Source: an uncultured Oligoflexus sp.
Lineage (GTDB): Bacteria > Bdellovibrionota_B > Oligoflexia > Oligoflexales > Oligoflexaceae
Length of the DNA: 54,026 nt
Assembly (NCBI GenBank): GCA_964236955.1
Contig: CAXSGP010000021.1
Coordinates: forward strand, 1-54,026
Direction: 5' to 3'
This document shows positions 30,366 through 41,111 of the stretch, one piece after another. Both the position numbers and the translations under genes were made by a program. The notes below the pieces were generated by a model. It was not told where the DNA came from. It saw nothing but the letters and a program-made list of their open reading frames with translations, and made no database searches. Each line of letters opens with the position of its first letter. The stretch's first letter is position 1.

Positions 30366-30737
30366 ATGACGAATGCCGAGCCTAAGAAAAGAATCCTGAT
30401 CGTTGACGATGAAAAAGATCTGTGTGAAACATTGATGGATATTGTTTCGCTGGTAGGCTACGAATCGATCGGTGCCAAAGATGGGCTGGTCGCATTGGAC
30501 ATTCTGAAGACCGAAACATTTGATTTTATCATATCCGATATTCAAATGCCGGAATGCACGGGCACCCAACTTCTGAAGGCCTGCATGGATTTAGGATTGA
30601 CGACTCCTTTTATCTTCCTGAGCGGTGACGATTCTTACGTAAGTGAAATTTCATCATTAAGAAGCAAGGGAGTCTCATTCCTGGCAAAGCCAATAGACTT
30701 CGATGCTCTCATCCGCCTTCTCGCCCGTGGCGCATGA
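30366..30737 (+). CDS. Single-domain response regulator
   Basis: ILIVDDE, FIISDIQMP, FLAKP; SD AAGGA before ATG 30366. Confidence 0.85.
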   Translation: MTNAEPKKRILIVDDEKDLCETLMDIVSLVGYESIGAKDGLVALDILKTETFDFIISDIQMPECTGTQLLKACMDLGLTTPFIFLSGDDSYVSEISSLRSKGVSFLAKPIDFDALIRLLARGA

Positions 30738-30844
30738 AGGCCCAAGGCCTCCTCTTTTGTTAGGGAATGAGCTCATACCTGCTTTCGCCTCGATGGGCCC
30801 CATTGTCCAGAGAATCGCCGCCTAGCTTCAAGGTGATATCGGAA

Positions 30845-33800
30845 TCAGGAGAGATTGAGCTGAAGCTTGAGTGCGTCCAGCAGCTTGACACGATCGATAG
30901 GCTTGCTAAGGAAGTCAGTATATCCCGCGTTGAGACATTTCTCCCGCTCCTCAATCATGGCATGGGCTGTGAGAGCGATGATAGGTTTTGAATAATGCTT
31001 TTCCCTTAACAACCTTACCGCTTCATAACCATCCATTCTCGGCATCTGCACATCCATGAGGATGACATCGTAGTCGCCGGCGAGTGCCTTTTCCACACCG
31101 ATCAACCCGTCCTCAGCAATTTCCACTTTTGCACCATGCCGCTTGAGTAGCACCCGCAAAAGCATTTGATTGTCGGGCGAATCCTCCACGACCAGGATAT
31201 TTTTACCAATCAGAAGAGAAGGCTCCTGCAGCTGCGATCGAAGGGGATTGGTAGTGAATTTGAAGTGTGAGCCCTGTATCATCCTCGACTCTTCAAGAGT
31301 CTGAATCGCGATCTCGGCGATGAAGCTACTGCCCACACCCAATTCGCTTTTTTCCAGCCAGAAGTCTCCTCCGAGTGCCTGAGCAAGGCGTTTGGTAAGC
31401 ACCAGACCCAGACCGGTGCCACCAAATTTTCGGGTCGTCGAGGCATCGGCCTGGCCAAAGGCTTGAAACAGGCGGGAGACCTCAGCCGTTGAAATGCCGA
31501 CGCCTGAGTCCTTCACGACAAAGCGAAGCAAAGGCGCATGGTAGGAAACTATCAACTCCACAACGCCCTTTTTTGTGAACTTAATCGCATTGCCCACAAC
31601 ATTCGTCAAAACCTGTCGAATCCGCGTTGGGTCGCTATTGATTGGATCAGGCAGCGAGGTGTCAGCCCTAAGGATGAAATCAATTCCCTTCTCCCTGGCT
31701 CTAAAGCCCATAAGGGAAGCGAAATCGGCCAGAGCCTCCAGCAGGGAAAAATCGATATGCTCGACCAGCATTTTGCCGGCCTCGACCTTTGACAAATCCA
31801 GTATGTCATCAATAATGCGCAGCAGCTGATTTGAATTTCTTTCAATGACCCCGAGATAATCAGCGGCATTTTCACGGGGAATCTGCTCGTCTTTCAAAAG
31901 CTCGACGAAACCCATGATCGCCCCCAGGGGAGAACGGATTTCATGGCTCATGTTGGCAAGAAAGGCGCTTTTAGCGGCATTCGCATCCTCCGCCGCTTGC
32001 CTTGCCAACACGAGTTCATTCTGATTCGTAACGTCTTCGGTGATATCGAGAATTGCCCCCGTGAGTTGGTCGCCCGATTTCGAATGCTTACTGCCGCCTC
32101 GCAACTGACCGAACAGCGATACCGAACGTACAGCGCCATCCTCCATCATCAATCGATGGGTGGTCTCGTAGACTCCGGTTCCGGCCGGATCGCGGGCCAC
32201 CTCCAGAGCCTTGCGAACACCGTCCCTGTCCTCCGGATGAATCTTCTGAATGGCCCACTCCAAAGGAAAGGCATGATCAGCCGGAAGACCAAAAATATCG
32301 GCAGCCCTTTCGCTCAACACCATTTCATGATTTTTGGCATTAAGATCCCATATGCCGATTTTCGCCGCTTTGGTGGCAAGCTGGAATTTCTCTTCACTTT
32401 CTTCCAGACGTCTGCGCGCGATGACCCGTTCCGTCACATCGATAAGATCGATGAGAACGCCTTGGACTTCGCCTTGCTTATTCTTAAGCTGAATGAAACT
32501 GACATCCATATAGCGCCTATCGATACCGGCGTTGGCTACGGACTTGAGTATGATTTTTTCCTCGATCGATTTATAAGGGGTGCCGGTGGCAAAGACGTTA
32601 TCGAGCATGGTGAGGAAGTTCTTCGACTTTAATTCGGGAAATATAGTTTGAACATTCTGGCCTAAGACGATCCGCCCGCAGAATAGGGCGCGAAAGGCGG
32701 GATTGGCTTTCTCGAAGATATGCTGAGGTTCTTTAACCAAGGCCATCGCCGAGGTAGCATTCTCAAAGATGATCTCAAACTTCTTCTTCTCTTCTTCGAG
32801 GTCGGACTTGGCGAGGGTGAGCTGATCGGCGAGCACTCTGAGATCATGAATGTCGGTAAAACTCCCATACCATTTTTTTGCCCCGCCTTCGGATTGTCTG
32901 AGGACGACACCATGAATCCTAAACCACTTATATTCGCCTGTGATACCGTTTCTCAGGCGTGCCTCGGCAAGAAAGGGCTGAAGCGTCCGGCAAGCGTTTC
33001 GCCACTTTTCGTCGACACGAAGAATGTCCTCGCGATGAATCACATTACGCCAGTTATCGAATTCCTCCCGGCCCCGCCCTAAGCCCGTGTACTCGGTCCA
33101 CCGATTATTAAAATAGTCGACTTTGCCAACACCATCTGCGGTCCAGACAATCTGTGGCATGGAGTTGGCAAGCTGGTTCAGTTCGTATTCACTTTGTTCA
33201 ACAGCCCTCATCGCCAAGACCTTGGGGGTCACGTCGACAGCCGTGACGCTGATGCCTTCGACTTGACCGAGGGCGTCAAACCTTGCGGCATAGATAAAGT
33301 CAAGATATGCGGTTTCGTAAACCCCATCTTTTCGTTGGAAGGAAATGGGTGCCTCGTTCGCCAGGAAATCCTCCCCCGTCCGGTAGACTCTATCCAGGAG
33401 GTCAAAGAAGGGCTGGCCCACGAGATCAGGAAAAACCTCGCGCGCAGTCAATCCTATATAGTCTCGCTTACCGCCGACCTTCTCATAGACTTTATTTGTA
33501 AACTTGAAAATATGGTCTGGCCCCTGCAATTGAGCGATGCCGATCGGCGCCTGTTTTACGAAACGTTCGAGTTCCTCGGTTGCCTGCTCAGCCTTCAGAC
33601 GGGCATTTTCACTTTCCATCTTGAATTTTTGAATGGATCGGTCCGCAAGGACCTTCGTCGTCGTTTCAAAACAGATACATTGAAGGCCGACCGGGCGGCC
33701 CTCACCGTCGGCGATCGGGCTGAAAGAAAAGGTAAAAAAAGTCTCCTCGCTATAGCCATGGCGATCAATGACCAACGGCCTGTCATTGATAAAATAGTTC

Positions 33801-34117
33801 TGACAATTGGCTATCGATTGAAATAAGGGTTCCAGCTGATCCCAGAGTTCCGGCCAGACGCATTCAAATCTTTGCCCCAACGCACGGGGGTGCTTCTTGG
33901 AAATAATCTGGCGATAGGCGTCATTGTAGAGAAGGATGCGATCGGGACCCCAGCAAAGGTACATGGGGAAGGGATTGCAAAGCATTGAGTTCACCATAAA
34001 CATCAAGGGATCAGGCCAGTTCTCCATGGCGCCAAGTGGCGTTTGACTCCAGTCCAATATTTGGTAAAGAGCCGCAGTCTCTCCCCCCAAGCTCGTCGTT
34101 ATCGCATGATTGGCCAT
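30845..34117 (-). CDS. Cytoplasmic multi-PAS hybrid histidine kinase with C-terminal REC
   Basis: Several PAS/PAC repeats; [38 protein letters not shown]. Confidence 0.92.
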   Translation of the reverse strand: MANHAITTSLGGETAALYQILDWSQTPLGAMENWPDPLMFMVNSMLCNPFPMYLCWGPDRILLYNDAYRQIISKKHPRALGQRFECVWPELWDQLEPLFQSIANCQNYFINDRPLVIDRHGYSEETFFTFSFSPIADGEGRPVGLQCICFETTTKVLADRSIQKFKMESENARLKAEQATEELERFVKQAPIGIAQLQGPDHIFKFTNKVYEKVGGKRDYIGLTAREVFPDLVGQPFFDLLDRVYRTGEDFLANEAPISFQRKDGVYETAYLDFIYAARFDALGQVEGISVTAVDVTPKVLAMRAVEQSEYELNQLANSMPQIVWTADGVGKVDYFNNRWTEYTGLGRGREEFDNWRNVIHREDILRVDEKWRNACRTLQPFLAEARLRNGITGEYKWFRIHGVVLRQSEGGAKKWYGSFTDIHDLRVLADQLTLAKSDLEEEKKKFEIIFENATSAMALVKEPQHIFEKANPAFRALFCGRIVLGQNVQTIFPELKSKNFLTMLDNVFATGTPYKSIEEKIILKSVANAGIDRRYMDVSFIQLKNKQGEVQGVLIDLIDVTERVIARRRLEESEEKFQLATKAAKIGIWDLNAKNHEMVLSERAADIFGLPADHAFPLEWAIQKIHPEDRDGVRKALEVARDPAGTGVYETTHRLMMEDGAVRSVSLFGQLRGGSKHSKSGDQLTGAILDITEDVTNQNELVLARQAAEDANAAKSAFLANMSHEIRSPLGAIMGFVELLKDEQIPRENAADYLGVIERNSNQLLRIIDDILDLSKVEAGKMLVEHIDFSLLEALADFASLMGFRAREKGIDFILRADTSLPDPINSDPTRIRQVLTNVVGNAIKFTKKGVVELIVSYHAPLLRFVVKDSGVGISTAEVSRLFQAFGQADASTTRKFGGTGLGLVLTKRLAQALGGDFWLEKSELGVGSSFIAEIAIQTLEESRMIQGSHFKFTTNPLRSQLQEPSLLIGKNILVVEDSPDNQMLLRVLLKRHGAKVEIAEDGLIGVEKALAGDYDVILMDVQMPRMDGYEAVRLLREKHYSKPIIALTAHAMIEEREKCLNAGYTDFLSKPIDRVKLLDALKLQLNLS

Positions 34118-34387
34118 CTATAAACTCAATTTTGGCTGGCAATGAAGAAAGGCTAGAAGGTGTTGGTGCAGAATATCTGTTCCCTACCTTGGTAAAAGCT
34201 GCCTGAAATGACCCGTCGCACCCATGTTTATTCTCAACTTTTTATGCTAATTTACTATTATTATTAATGATAATGGACATGCTGATCAGCCGCGCAGCAG
34301 TAGAAAAAGCATAATTTAAAAGCTTAATAGCCAACCAACCAAAGAGGCAGGGTTTTTTGCTCCTGCTGCAGACTAACAAAGCCCTAT

Positions 34388-34411
34388 AAAAAAATCCGCT
34401 CAACGAGCGGA
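34388..34411 (-). terminator. Rho-independent terminator after the DUF1566-like gene
   Basis: Minus strand TCCGCTC-GTT-GAGCGGA followed by T7. Confidence 0.75.
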
Positions 34412-34479
34412 CTTTAACTTATGGACCCTATCACGATTTGGTGCCGGATATAAAGCAGTATCAATCTTTGCAAATGGCA

Positions 34480-35463
34480 TTATGGCTCAGGAATGGTTCT
34501 CACACAGACCGATCGGTGGGCTTCAGCAGCGGGAAGCGAAGCGCTTACGCCGCTTCTGGGATTGACGGCGGCGATTCCAGCAGCAGAGGTGGTGCTCGAC
34601 CAATAGGATTCATCGACCATGTTCAAATACTCGGGCGCAGCTATTTCCACGATTTTCTTTTCAAAAGCCATCTTGATTTCATTTTCAGTAGGCAAACGCC
34701 AGTCATCAAAATGGTCAGTGAAGCTATCGCAGAACCCACTTGCATTGGGTTGATCTTTCGGAGCGCCAAGGTCCTTAAACCAGACAAGCCCATTGCCGGT
34801 AAACATACAGGTCTCTCCGGCATCACAAAGTCCATTGCCATTGCTATCGGAGAGTTTCTCACGTACCCAGCGGGGGCCCGGAGGAATGGCGATCGTCGTC
34901 CCCGTGCCGCCTATGGTTTTTTCCTTCTCACCATTGCTTAGGCCGGTGAGTTCGACTTGGTAGACCGCGCTGAATGCTGCGGCTTTAAGGCTGTCGAAAT
35001 TGGCTCCCGTGAAGCTAAAATAAGCATCATAAACAGTATCTCCTGGAAGTGTCGTAACCGTAATGCCGGCAGCTTGAGAACTATCAATATAAAAGCGATC
35101 GGTGGCAGCAACCGTCCGAATGTTAACTCTTTTGCTGTTTGCATCTTGAAAGCCACAGCCTACTTTGACTTCGACTTTTACGTTATTTTCGTTGACAGCA
35201 CACACCAGGAAGGCTCCGGTGATTGCCCCGGGAACACTTACCGATTCGCTATTCAAAACCGAAGTTGAACCATTTTCAGAATTCGCGCTCGCGGGCCCTG
35301 AACCTGAAGGTGGGGACGTCGGTTTTTCTTCTGGCAGGTGATTGGTGTAAGCGGGTACGCTCCCCTCTTTTACCTTTCCATTGATTTTCGCATCCGATTT
35401 ACACGACACCAGAGGTCCCGAAACCAGGAGGCCAAAAATTAACCTGGACATGGATTTTTTCAC
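34480..35463 (-). CDS. Lipoprotein with C-terminal DUF1566 (Lcl-C, C-type-lectin-like fold) domain
   Basis: Lipobox LVSC; GLVW...FC...DWRLPTENE...YWSST...VCVR; start GTG 35463 or ATG 35451. Confidence 0.8.
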   Translation of the reverse strand: MKKSMSRLIFGLLVSGPLVSCKSDAKINGKVKEGSVPAYTNHLPEEKPTSPPSGSGPASANSENGSTSVLNSESVSVPGAITGAFLVCAVNENNVKVEVKVGCGFQDANSKRVNIRTVAATDRFYIDSSQAAGITVTTLPGDTVYDAYFSFTGANFDSLKAAAFSAVYQVELTGLSNGEKEKTIGGTGTTIAIPPGPRWVREKLSDSNGNGLCDAGETCMFTGNGLVWFKDLGAPKDQPNASGFCDSFTDHFDDWRLPTENEIKMAFEKKIVEIAAPEYLNMVDESYWSSTTSAAGIAAVNPRSGVSASLPAAEAHRSVCVRTIPEP

Positions 35464-35506
35464 TCTTCGTCCCCAATTCAAAAAACAAGAATCATTTGCT
35501 CCTGTC

Positions 35507-35534
35507 TGATCGGATCGTGCTTACAATTTCTTTA
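35507..35534 (-). promoter_or_regulatory. Sigma-28 (FliA)-like promoter
   Basis: TAAAG-N15-TCCGATCA about 45 bp upstream of the DUF1566 lipoprotein. Confidence 0.55.
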
Positions 35535-35658
35535 ATCAATATATATAAGGACAGTGATTTTAAAGCCTTAGCTGGGATGATTGGGGGACTATCAGGTCGT
35601 AGAAAAGGTCGGGGAGCCCGGAAATCCGGGGGGCTAAGCGTTCACTCCCCCCACTACC

Positions 35659-36069
35659 CTAGGACAGGCTGGATTTTTCCGGATGATCAAAGGCTTTTTC
35701 CTTAGCTTTAAGCTTCATCATAATCTCCGAGACTGAAACGGCCTTATCCGAATCGGCAATCTCTGTTCCATGAATATCGATAAGATACCAATGAAAGGCC
35801 TGGGCAGGAATATTGAATTTTTCATGGAGCAAACCACCCGGGTGGTCTTCGAAAAAAACCTTCAGATTATGAATCTCATCGAGTTCGTCTTCAACTGCTC
35901 CAAATTCATGGGCCATCGCCTCGAAGGGCGGGTCGTTTCGATCCGGGGCTAACACCACGAGAACATGTTTTTTGCCCTGTTGCAGCTCTGAATCATTATA
36001 AAGATACATCCAGACGCCTTCGGACCAAGATCTTTTGGCTATCTCTGTCGCTGGGATTTTCTCATGCAT
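35659..36069 (-). CDS. Small thioredoxin-like-fold protein (DUF4174-like)
   Basis: VLVVLAP...F..YLIDIHG pattern; SD AGGAGG upstream. Confidence 0.65.
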   Translation of the reverse strand: MHEKIPATEIAKRSWSEGVWMYLYNDSELQQGKKHVLVVLAPDRNDPPFEAMAHEFGAVEDELDEIHNLKVFFEDHPGGLLHEKFNIPAQAFHWYLIDIHGTEIADSDKAVSVSEIMMKLKAKEKAFDHPEKSSLS

Positions 36070-36363
36070 CGCGTGGTCCTCCTAATGACTATCACATACG
36101 GAATGTCATATTCATAATCCATTAGAGCCAGGAAAAATTCCAGTCAAAGATCATCAAAGTATGGATTGATCACAATTATTTCCTTTTAATTTCAATACTT
36201 TAAAAGGATACTCTGGAATTGACGCCATTCTATCGCTACCTTTCAAGCGGGGCCTTTCCGGGCTTTTATCCAGGAGATATTCTCAGTCCCATTTCATAAA
36301 AACTGTTTATATCAAGATATAAGGCCCCTATAATTCAGACTGGGCAGATTGAGGAGATTGACC

Positions 36364-36681
36364 ATGGATTTTATTGGCTCACTGATGGATTCAGCCAAGC
36401 AATTGGCGCAAAACGTAATCATGGAAAAGCTCGATGGCCGGGGGCCTTCCTCCGCTCATCCCCTTCTTAATATGCTTCACGATGCCTTTGCTGAACTTCC
36501 GGAAGGAAGTCGCAAAGAATTATTTGAAGGCTTTGAAGCACTCTTTGAGAAATATAAGGCCCAGCCCAGCTTTGATTTTGAAGTCCTCTGGCAGGAAATC
36601 GTCAAAAATCCCGTCATACAAATGCTTGCTGTGAACGTCAGCAGAAAGGTTATCGGCGGATTGATGCAAAAAGAAGCTTAG
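36364..36681 (+). CDS. Hypothetical protein
   Basis: SD GAGGAG before ATG 36364; helical composition. Confidence 0.7.
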   Translation: MDFIGSLMDSAKQLAQNVIMEKLDGRGPSSAHPLLNMLHDAFAELPEGSRKELFEGFEALFEKYKAQPSFDFEVLWQEIVKNPVIQMLAVNVSRKVIGGLMQKEA

Positions 36682-36816
36682 ATCGCGATGGGCAGCTCTA
36701 ATTTTTCCAAGCCCTAGCGGTCGATAGCTGGGGCAGATTCCCGCTTAAAGCCCATCACAAAGATTCGGCCCTTCCTCTTCCCAAGGAAGGAGCAAATCTT
36801 TTCATGCTCCCGACCT

Positions 36817-37515
36817 TCAAAATTCCAAGGGTTTTCCATTCCTGAAAAATCCGCCGTTAGGTCCACCGACGGGAAGCATGGCTGCCCAAACTATTCCTGA
36901 GGCACCCTGCTCGGGCGTAAGGGGCGCGTTCTCTCCGCCCATATCCGTTTTGACCCAACCCGGACAAACGGAATTGACAAGGACATCCGTGCCTGTGGTG
37001 GTCGCAGCCAGCATCTTCGTCACGCCGTTTAAGGCCACCTTAGACAGGCGGTAGGCTGGCGAACCCTTGCCCATTTCGGAGAGTTGACCCATCCCGCTGG
37101 ACACGTTTACCACGCGGCCATGGCCTTTTTTCAGCATCATCGGCATCAGCCTTTCGGCAAGAAGGTAAGGGCCAACGGCGTTGGTTGCGAACCCGGCATG
37201 AATTAAACCAGCTCTTCCCGCGAGATCTTTCACTTCTTCTTTGTCGGGATAAATACCGGCATTGTTGATCAGGACATCGACAGTTCCAAATTTGTCGAGA
37301 ACCGTTTTGACAAACTTTTCTATGCTTTCGGGCCTGGCTACATCCAACTCCACAAAGGTGGCATCGCCACGGCCCTTCAGCTCATTTTCTATCACCTGCC
37401 CACGTCTGGCATCGCGGCCGGCGACAACGACTCGAAAACCCTTGCTAAGAAGAGCTTTGGCAGTTTCATAACCTATCCCTTTTAAGGCTCCGGTAATCAC
37501 GGCGACTTGAGACAT
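36817..37515 (-). CDS. Short-chain dehydrogenase/reductase (carbonyl-reductase-like)
   Basis: ITGALKGIG, LINNAG, NVSS, YRLSK, VCPGWVKTDMGG; SD GGAG before ATG 37515. Confidence 0.92.
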   Translation of the reverse strand: MSQVAVITGALKGIGYETAKALLSKGFRVVVAGRDARRGQVIENELKGRGDATFVELDVARPESIEKFVKTVLDKFGTVDVLINNAGIYPDKEEVKDLAGRAGLIHAGFATNAVGPYLLAERLMPMMLKKGHGRVVNVSSGMGQLSEMGKGSPAYRLSKVALNGVTKMLAATTTGTDVLVNSVCPGWVKTDMGGENAPLTPEQGASGIVWAAMLPVGGPNGGFFRNGKPLEF

Positions 37516-37692
37516 GAGTCCTCTCCTTATTATGTCAGGCTCATTGTTCACAATTGATGTTTATGCGTATATTTGAGAAAGTTCAACAGAACTTCCAGGA
37601 TTTTTAACTTACTTAGCTGGCATTGGCCCAGCCCGCCGACATCTGGAAACGATAGAGGATATTTTCCATCGTTTGCGAGAAAACCCTGGTTT

Positions 37693-38790
37693 TCAAGGTC
37701 GAAGAATAAAATTCGACTTTACCGAAGGAACCGTCCTTTTGATAAACATCCGGCGCTGGGCATCCATTCCAAGGAGGAGCTGGGTCACGTCGCCAATAAT
37801 GGGGCGACCTGCATAATAACCATGACCAAGACCGCCCAGACCCAAGACCGGTTGATCGACTTCGCTGACGTCTACCGTATCCACTCCATCGAGCAGGGTA
37901 CAGCTACCCAATCGAACATTCCCGTTTACGCGCTTCGATACCGCCAGGGCATTGTCGCTCGGGGAGCAATAGACGGTGATACGAGCGGCAAGACTGTGAA
38001 TCGCGGGTAAAATTGCTCTAAAATCATCGACGGCAAAATCGGGAGCGTTGAGGACCAACTCCTGAATCGTTTTGGGTGGCAGACTTTGAGCAAGCTGAAA
38101 AAGCGCTGGCAGCACGACCTGATGACCCATACTATGCACAACCACATGCAGCCTCTTCTTAGTCGCCGCGGCTGCCATCAGAACCTTTTTGAAGGACTCT
38201 ATACTGGCCGCAGCGTTGACCTTATTCTCCTTATAGGTTTGCAGGAGAAAGGGCCCCTGAAGGAAACGGTCTGTAGCTCCTGCAGGCCAGGAGAAGAGGA
38301 CCAGCTGCCCTTGATATTTGCCATCGAATCCCAATTGAGCCGCGCGATAAACCGCTTCTTCAAAACGAACATTGAAGCCATGAACAAAGATCAGGATCTC
38401 ATCGGCTTTACTGGCAGCCATGGCGTTTGCGAAACCATCCGCATCAAAAGGCTCATGCTGCGCTATTTGAAAATTGATCTGAGTGTCCGAATTGGGGTCG
38501 GAGCTGCTGCTAAGGGAACCGACAGGTCGATTGATGGGAACCTGAACCTTGCACGACCCAAAAGTCAATCCATTGCCCCGCGTCACACCATAAACGGCGT
38601 TGCTACAGGCTGTCGCCGACCCGACCGTGGATCGGTTTGTGGCATATAATACCTCATAGGGCTGACTATCGACGTAAGCCGCACGAAATCGGTTATTTAA
38701 GCCCTCACGCACCAGCTCGTAAGAGGAGCGCTGAGTCTGACAGCCAGTGAGCAGGAGAAGGATGAGCCAGAGCCGAAATTTTTGAATCAT
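37693..38790 (-). CDS. Alpha/beta hydrolase lipoprotein (DUF900-like)
   Basis: Lipobox LTGC; YATNR, IFVHGFN, FSWP, HSMG nucleophile elbow, APD, GHGY; SD AGGAG before ATG 38790. Confidence 0.88.
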   Translation of the reverse strand: MIQKFRLWLILLLLTGCQTQRSSYELVREGLNNRFRAAYVDSQPYEVLYATNRSTVGSATACSNAVYGVTRGNGLTFGSCKVQVPINRPVGSLSSSSDPNSDTQINFQIAQHEPFDADGFANAMAASKADEILIFVHGFNVRFEEAVYRAAQLGFDGKYQGQLVLFSWPAGATDRFLQGPFLLQTYKENKVNAAASIESFKKVLMAAAATKKRLHVVVHSMGHQVVLPALFQLAQSLPPKTIQELVLNAPDFAVDDFRAILPAIHSLAARITVYCSPSDNALAVSKRVNGNVRLGSCTLLDGVDTVDVSEVDQPVLGLGGLGHGYYAGRPIIGDVTQLLLGMDAQRRMFIKRTVPSVKSNFILRP

Positions 38791-38837
38791 TGGAACTCCT
38801 TGATCGATCATTGAGGTGCTGAATAATAACTCATCGC

Positions 38838-41111
38838 CTAAGGTTTCGCCACCAGCTGCTGGCGGAAAAACATGAGGGTCCGCTCAAAGCGTCGCGAATC
38901 CAAAACCTCATCCGGGACCATATGAGTCATCCCCATTAGCGGCAAAAACTCATAAGGCCGCGCCTCACGCTCCATCGCGTCGACGAGCTTGAGAGAATTG
39001 AAGAAGAACACGTTGTCATCCCCGGTCCCATGAATGATCAGAAGCGGACTCACGCCTGCCGGGGTCTTCTGCGCTTTAACGAGCGGCAGAATGGAGGCTG
39101 CTTCATAGGCGGCACGGTCCGCGGTCGGCAGACCTAAATAACGCTCTGTATAGGCGGTGTCGTAGTCGAGCCAATCCACGGGGGGGGCCCCGGCAACCCC
39201 CGCCTTATACACATCGGGTCGCGCTAACACCGCATAAGCTGCAAAATAACCGCCATAGGACCAGCCAAACACCCCAATTCTTGACTTATCAAGCTCAGGG
39301 AATTCCCGGCAAAGTAAGCTGAGGATCTCGGCATGCTCCTGAACGGGCAAAGAACCAAATTTTCCTGAGATGGCCTTTTCCCAGTCGCGTCCCCGATCGG
39401 GTGTTCCCCGGGTATCCATGCGAACGACTATGGCTGACATGGCATCGGCTAAAACCTGATCTTCAAGATAGGCCCGACCCGAAGCCTTCACCATAAGCGA
39501 GCCCGGGCCTCCGTAGGCCCTTTCGAGGACGGGATACTTTTTTCCCTTCATGAAATTGCTTGGTCTTACGATGGCTGTCTGCACAGCATCCGGACCTATG
39601 ACCTGTAGGGTAAGATTGGCTTTCATCACCGGTTCGGCAGCGGCGCTGGGAATCACGGCAGCTTTGGTGCCGTCCCAGCTTCGAAGGCTGATCTCATCCC
39701 TACCATCGCCAGTCGTTTCCCTCGCGACGTATAGACCATATTCAAATTTTGAACTGGCGCTGACGCTACCCTTATCGGCTGCCGCGAGTCCCTTAAAACT
39801 GCCGTCGGTCAGGCTGATTTGATAAAGAGCCGAATGGGAGCCATCGATCGCGACTTCGATAAAGGCCACTGCCCCATCGTCGCTGACACCGCTGATAGAT
39901 TTGACCTGGAGGCCCGGCATAGGCAAAGCCTTGATCATTTTACCACTGACATCCCGGTGTTCGAGCTGCCGCGCGCCACTTTCATCAGACATCCAAATAA
40001 AGCCTTTGGCATGGGGCAGCCAGATCGGAACCTGATTATTGACTTCGACCCAAGCCTTATCGCTTTGCGATAGGAGCACTGTGGTTTTACCCGTCTTCGG
40101 ATCGGCGCTCACCAGTCGGCCTTGGTTTTGCAGTCGATTGAGCAGAAAAAAAGTGGGCGGTCCCATCTTGGTCCAACGCACCGTGCTTACATATTCAAAC
40201 TCCTCTTTGCCGAAATCCACCCAAACCGTCCTGCCACCGGCGGCCGAAATAAAGCCAAAACGGACCTTAGCATTGGCTTTGCCGGGTCTTGGATAATAGG
40301 GTCTTTGCGGCTCGCTATCGGGACGAAACGGGTCCGCTATGGAGAGGCGCTCGACCTTGGATTGATCCACTTCTTCATAGAGCAGGGTTTGACTGTCGGG
40401 TGACCACCAAAAGCCGTCCATCCTATCGAGCTCTTCCTGAGCGATAAATTCCGCGACACCGAAACTTTTCTGTTCGTTGCCCCCTTGGGTGAGAGCGGTT
40501 AGCTTCGATGTGTTGATGTCGCTGACATAAAGATTGCTATCCCTTACGAAAGCAACTTTCTTCGAATCGGCGGCCAGCTTCGGGCTGAAGATGGAGCCTT
40601 TTCCTTTGGCGATTTCACGAGCTTTCTTCGCTTCCATATCCCAGATGAAGAGCTTGCCCTGAAGGGGTGTCAGCAAAAAGCTCGCCCTGTCGTCGGTCGC
40701 AAAGAAATTGATGCCGCTGGTCATCAGTCGCAGTCGTTCACGCAGGGCCCTTTCTTCCACGGAAACGGGACCGGTGCCGGCGGAAAGCATACCGGCATCA
40801 AGGATTTTGGTTTCCTTTCCAGTCTTCAAATCAAATTGATAAACGGCGGCATCCGTCGAGGGTGGCACGGTCTTTTGATAGAGAACCCGCGCCCCATCGT
40901 TAAGGATCTTGAAATTAAAGGGTGCCCCCAATCGAAAATTACGGGTGCTCCGCAGCTGTTGGCGAAGCTCTTCCCAAAGTTGGGGCTTGGCCCTAGCCTC
41001 TATTTCCGCCGCCTGGAGCCTGGTGAAGAGGTTTATCGTTAAACATAAGATGAAGAGCCCGAGCGGGACTGAACTATAGCCTGGCGTGGTCTTGAGCGTT
41101 TCATGTGTCAT
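38838..41111 (-). CDS. Dipeptidyl peptidase IV family (S9B) serine peptidase
   Basis: AEFIAQEE, WWSPDS, YGGP, GWSYGG, HGTGDDNV, catalytic His in THM. Confidence 0.92.
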   Translation of the reverse strand: MTHETLKTTPGYSSVPLGLFILCLTINLFTRLQAAEIEARAKPQLWEELRQQLRSTRNFRLGAPFNFKILNDGARVLYQKTVPPSTDAAVYQFDLKTGKETKILDAGMLSAGTGPVSVEERALRERLRLMTSGINFFATDDRASFLLTPLQGKLFIWDMEAKKAREIAKGKGSIFSPKLAADSKKVAFVRDSNLYVSDINTSKLTALTQGGNEQKSFGVAEFIAQEELDRMDGFWWSPDSQTLLYEEVDQSKVERLSIADPFRPDSEPQRPYYPRPGKANAKVRFGFISAAGGRTVWVDFGKEEFEYVSTVRWTKMGPPTFFLLNRLQNQGRLVSADPKTGKTTVLLSQSDKAWVEVNNQVPIWLPHAKGFIWMSDESGARQLEHRDVSGKMIKALPMPGLQVKSISGVSDDGAVAFIEVAIDGSHSALYQISLTDGSFKGLAAADKGSVSASSKFEYGLYVARETTGDGRDEISLRSWDGTKAAVIPSAAAEPVMKANLTLQVIGPDAVQTAIVRPSNFMKGKKYPVLERAYGGPGSLMVKASGRAYLEDQVLADAMSAIVVRMDTRGTPDRGRDWEKAISGKFGSLPVQEHAEILSLLCREFPELDKSRIGVFGWSYGGYFAAYAVLARPDVYKAGVAGAPPVDWLDYDTAYTERYLGLPTADRAAYEAASILPLVKAQKTPAGVSPLLIIHGTGDDNVFFFNSLKLVDAMEREARPYEFLPLMGMTHMVPDEVLDSRRFERTLMFFRQQLVAKP

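Noticed and set aside
34480..34620. DGR variable repeat at the 3' end of the DUF1566 gene
   Set aside because: No template-repeat-like second copy and no RT in the window
35611..35636. GGGGAGCCCGGAAATCCGGGGGGCT resembling part of a cobalamin riboswitch
   Set aside because: Lacks the other conserved elements and lies antisense to both flanking genes; probably just a hairpin
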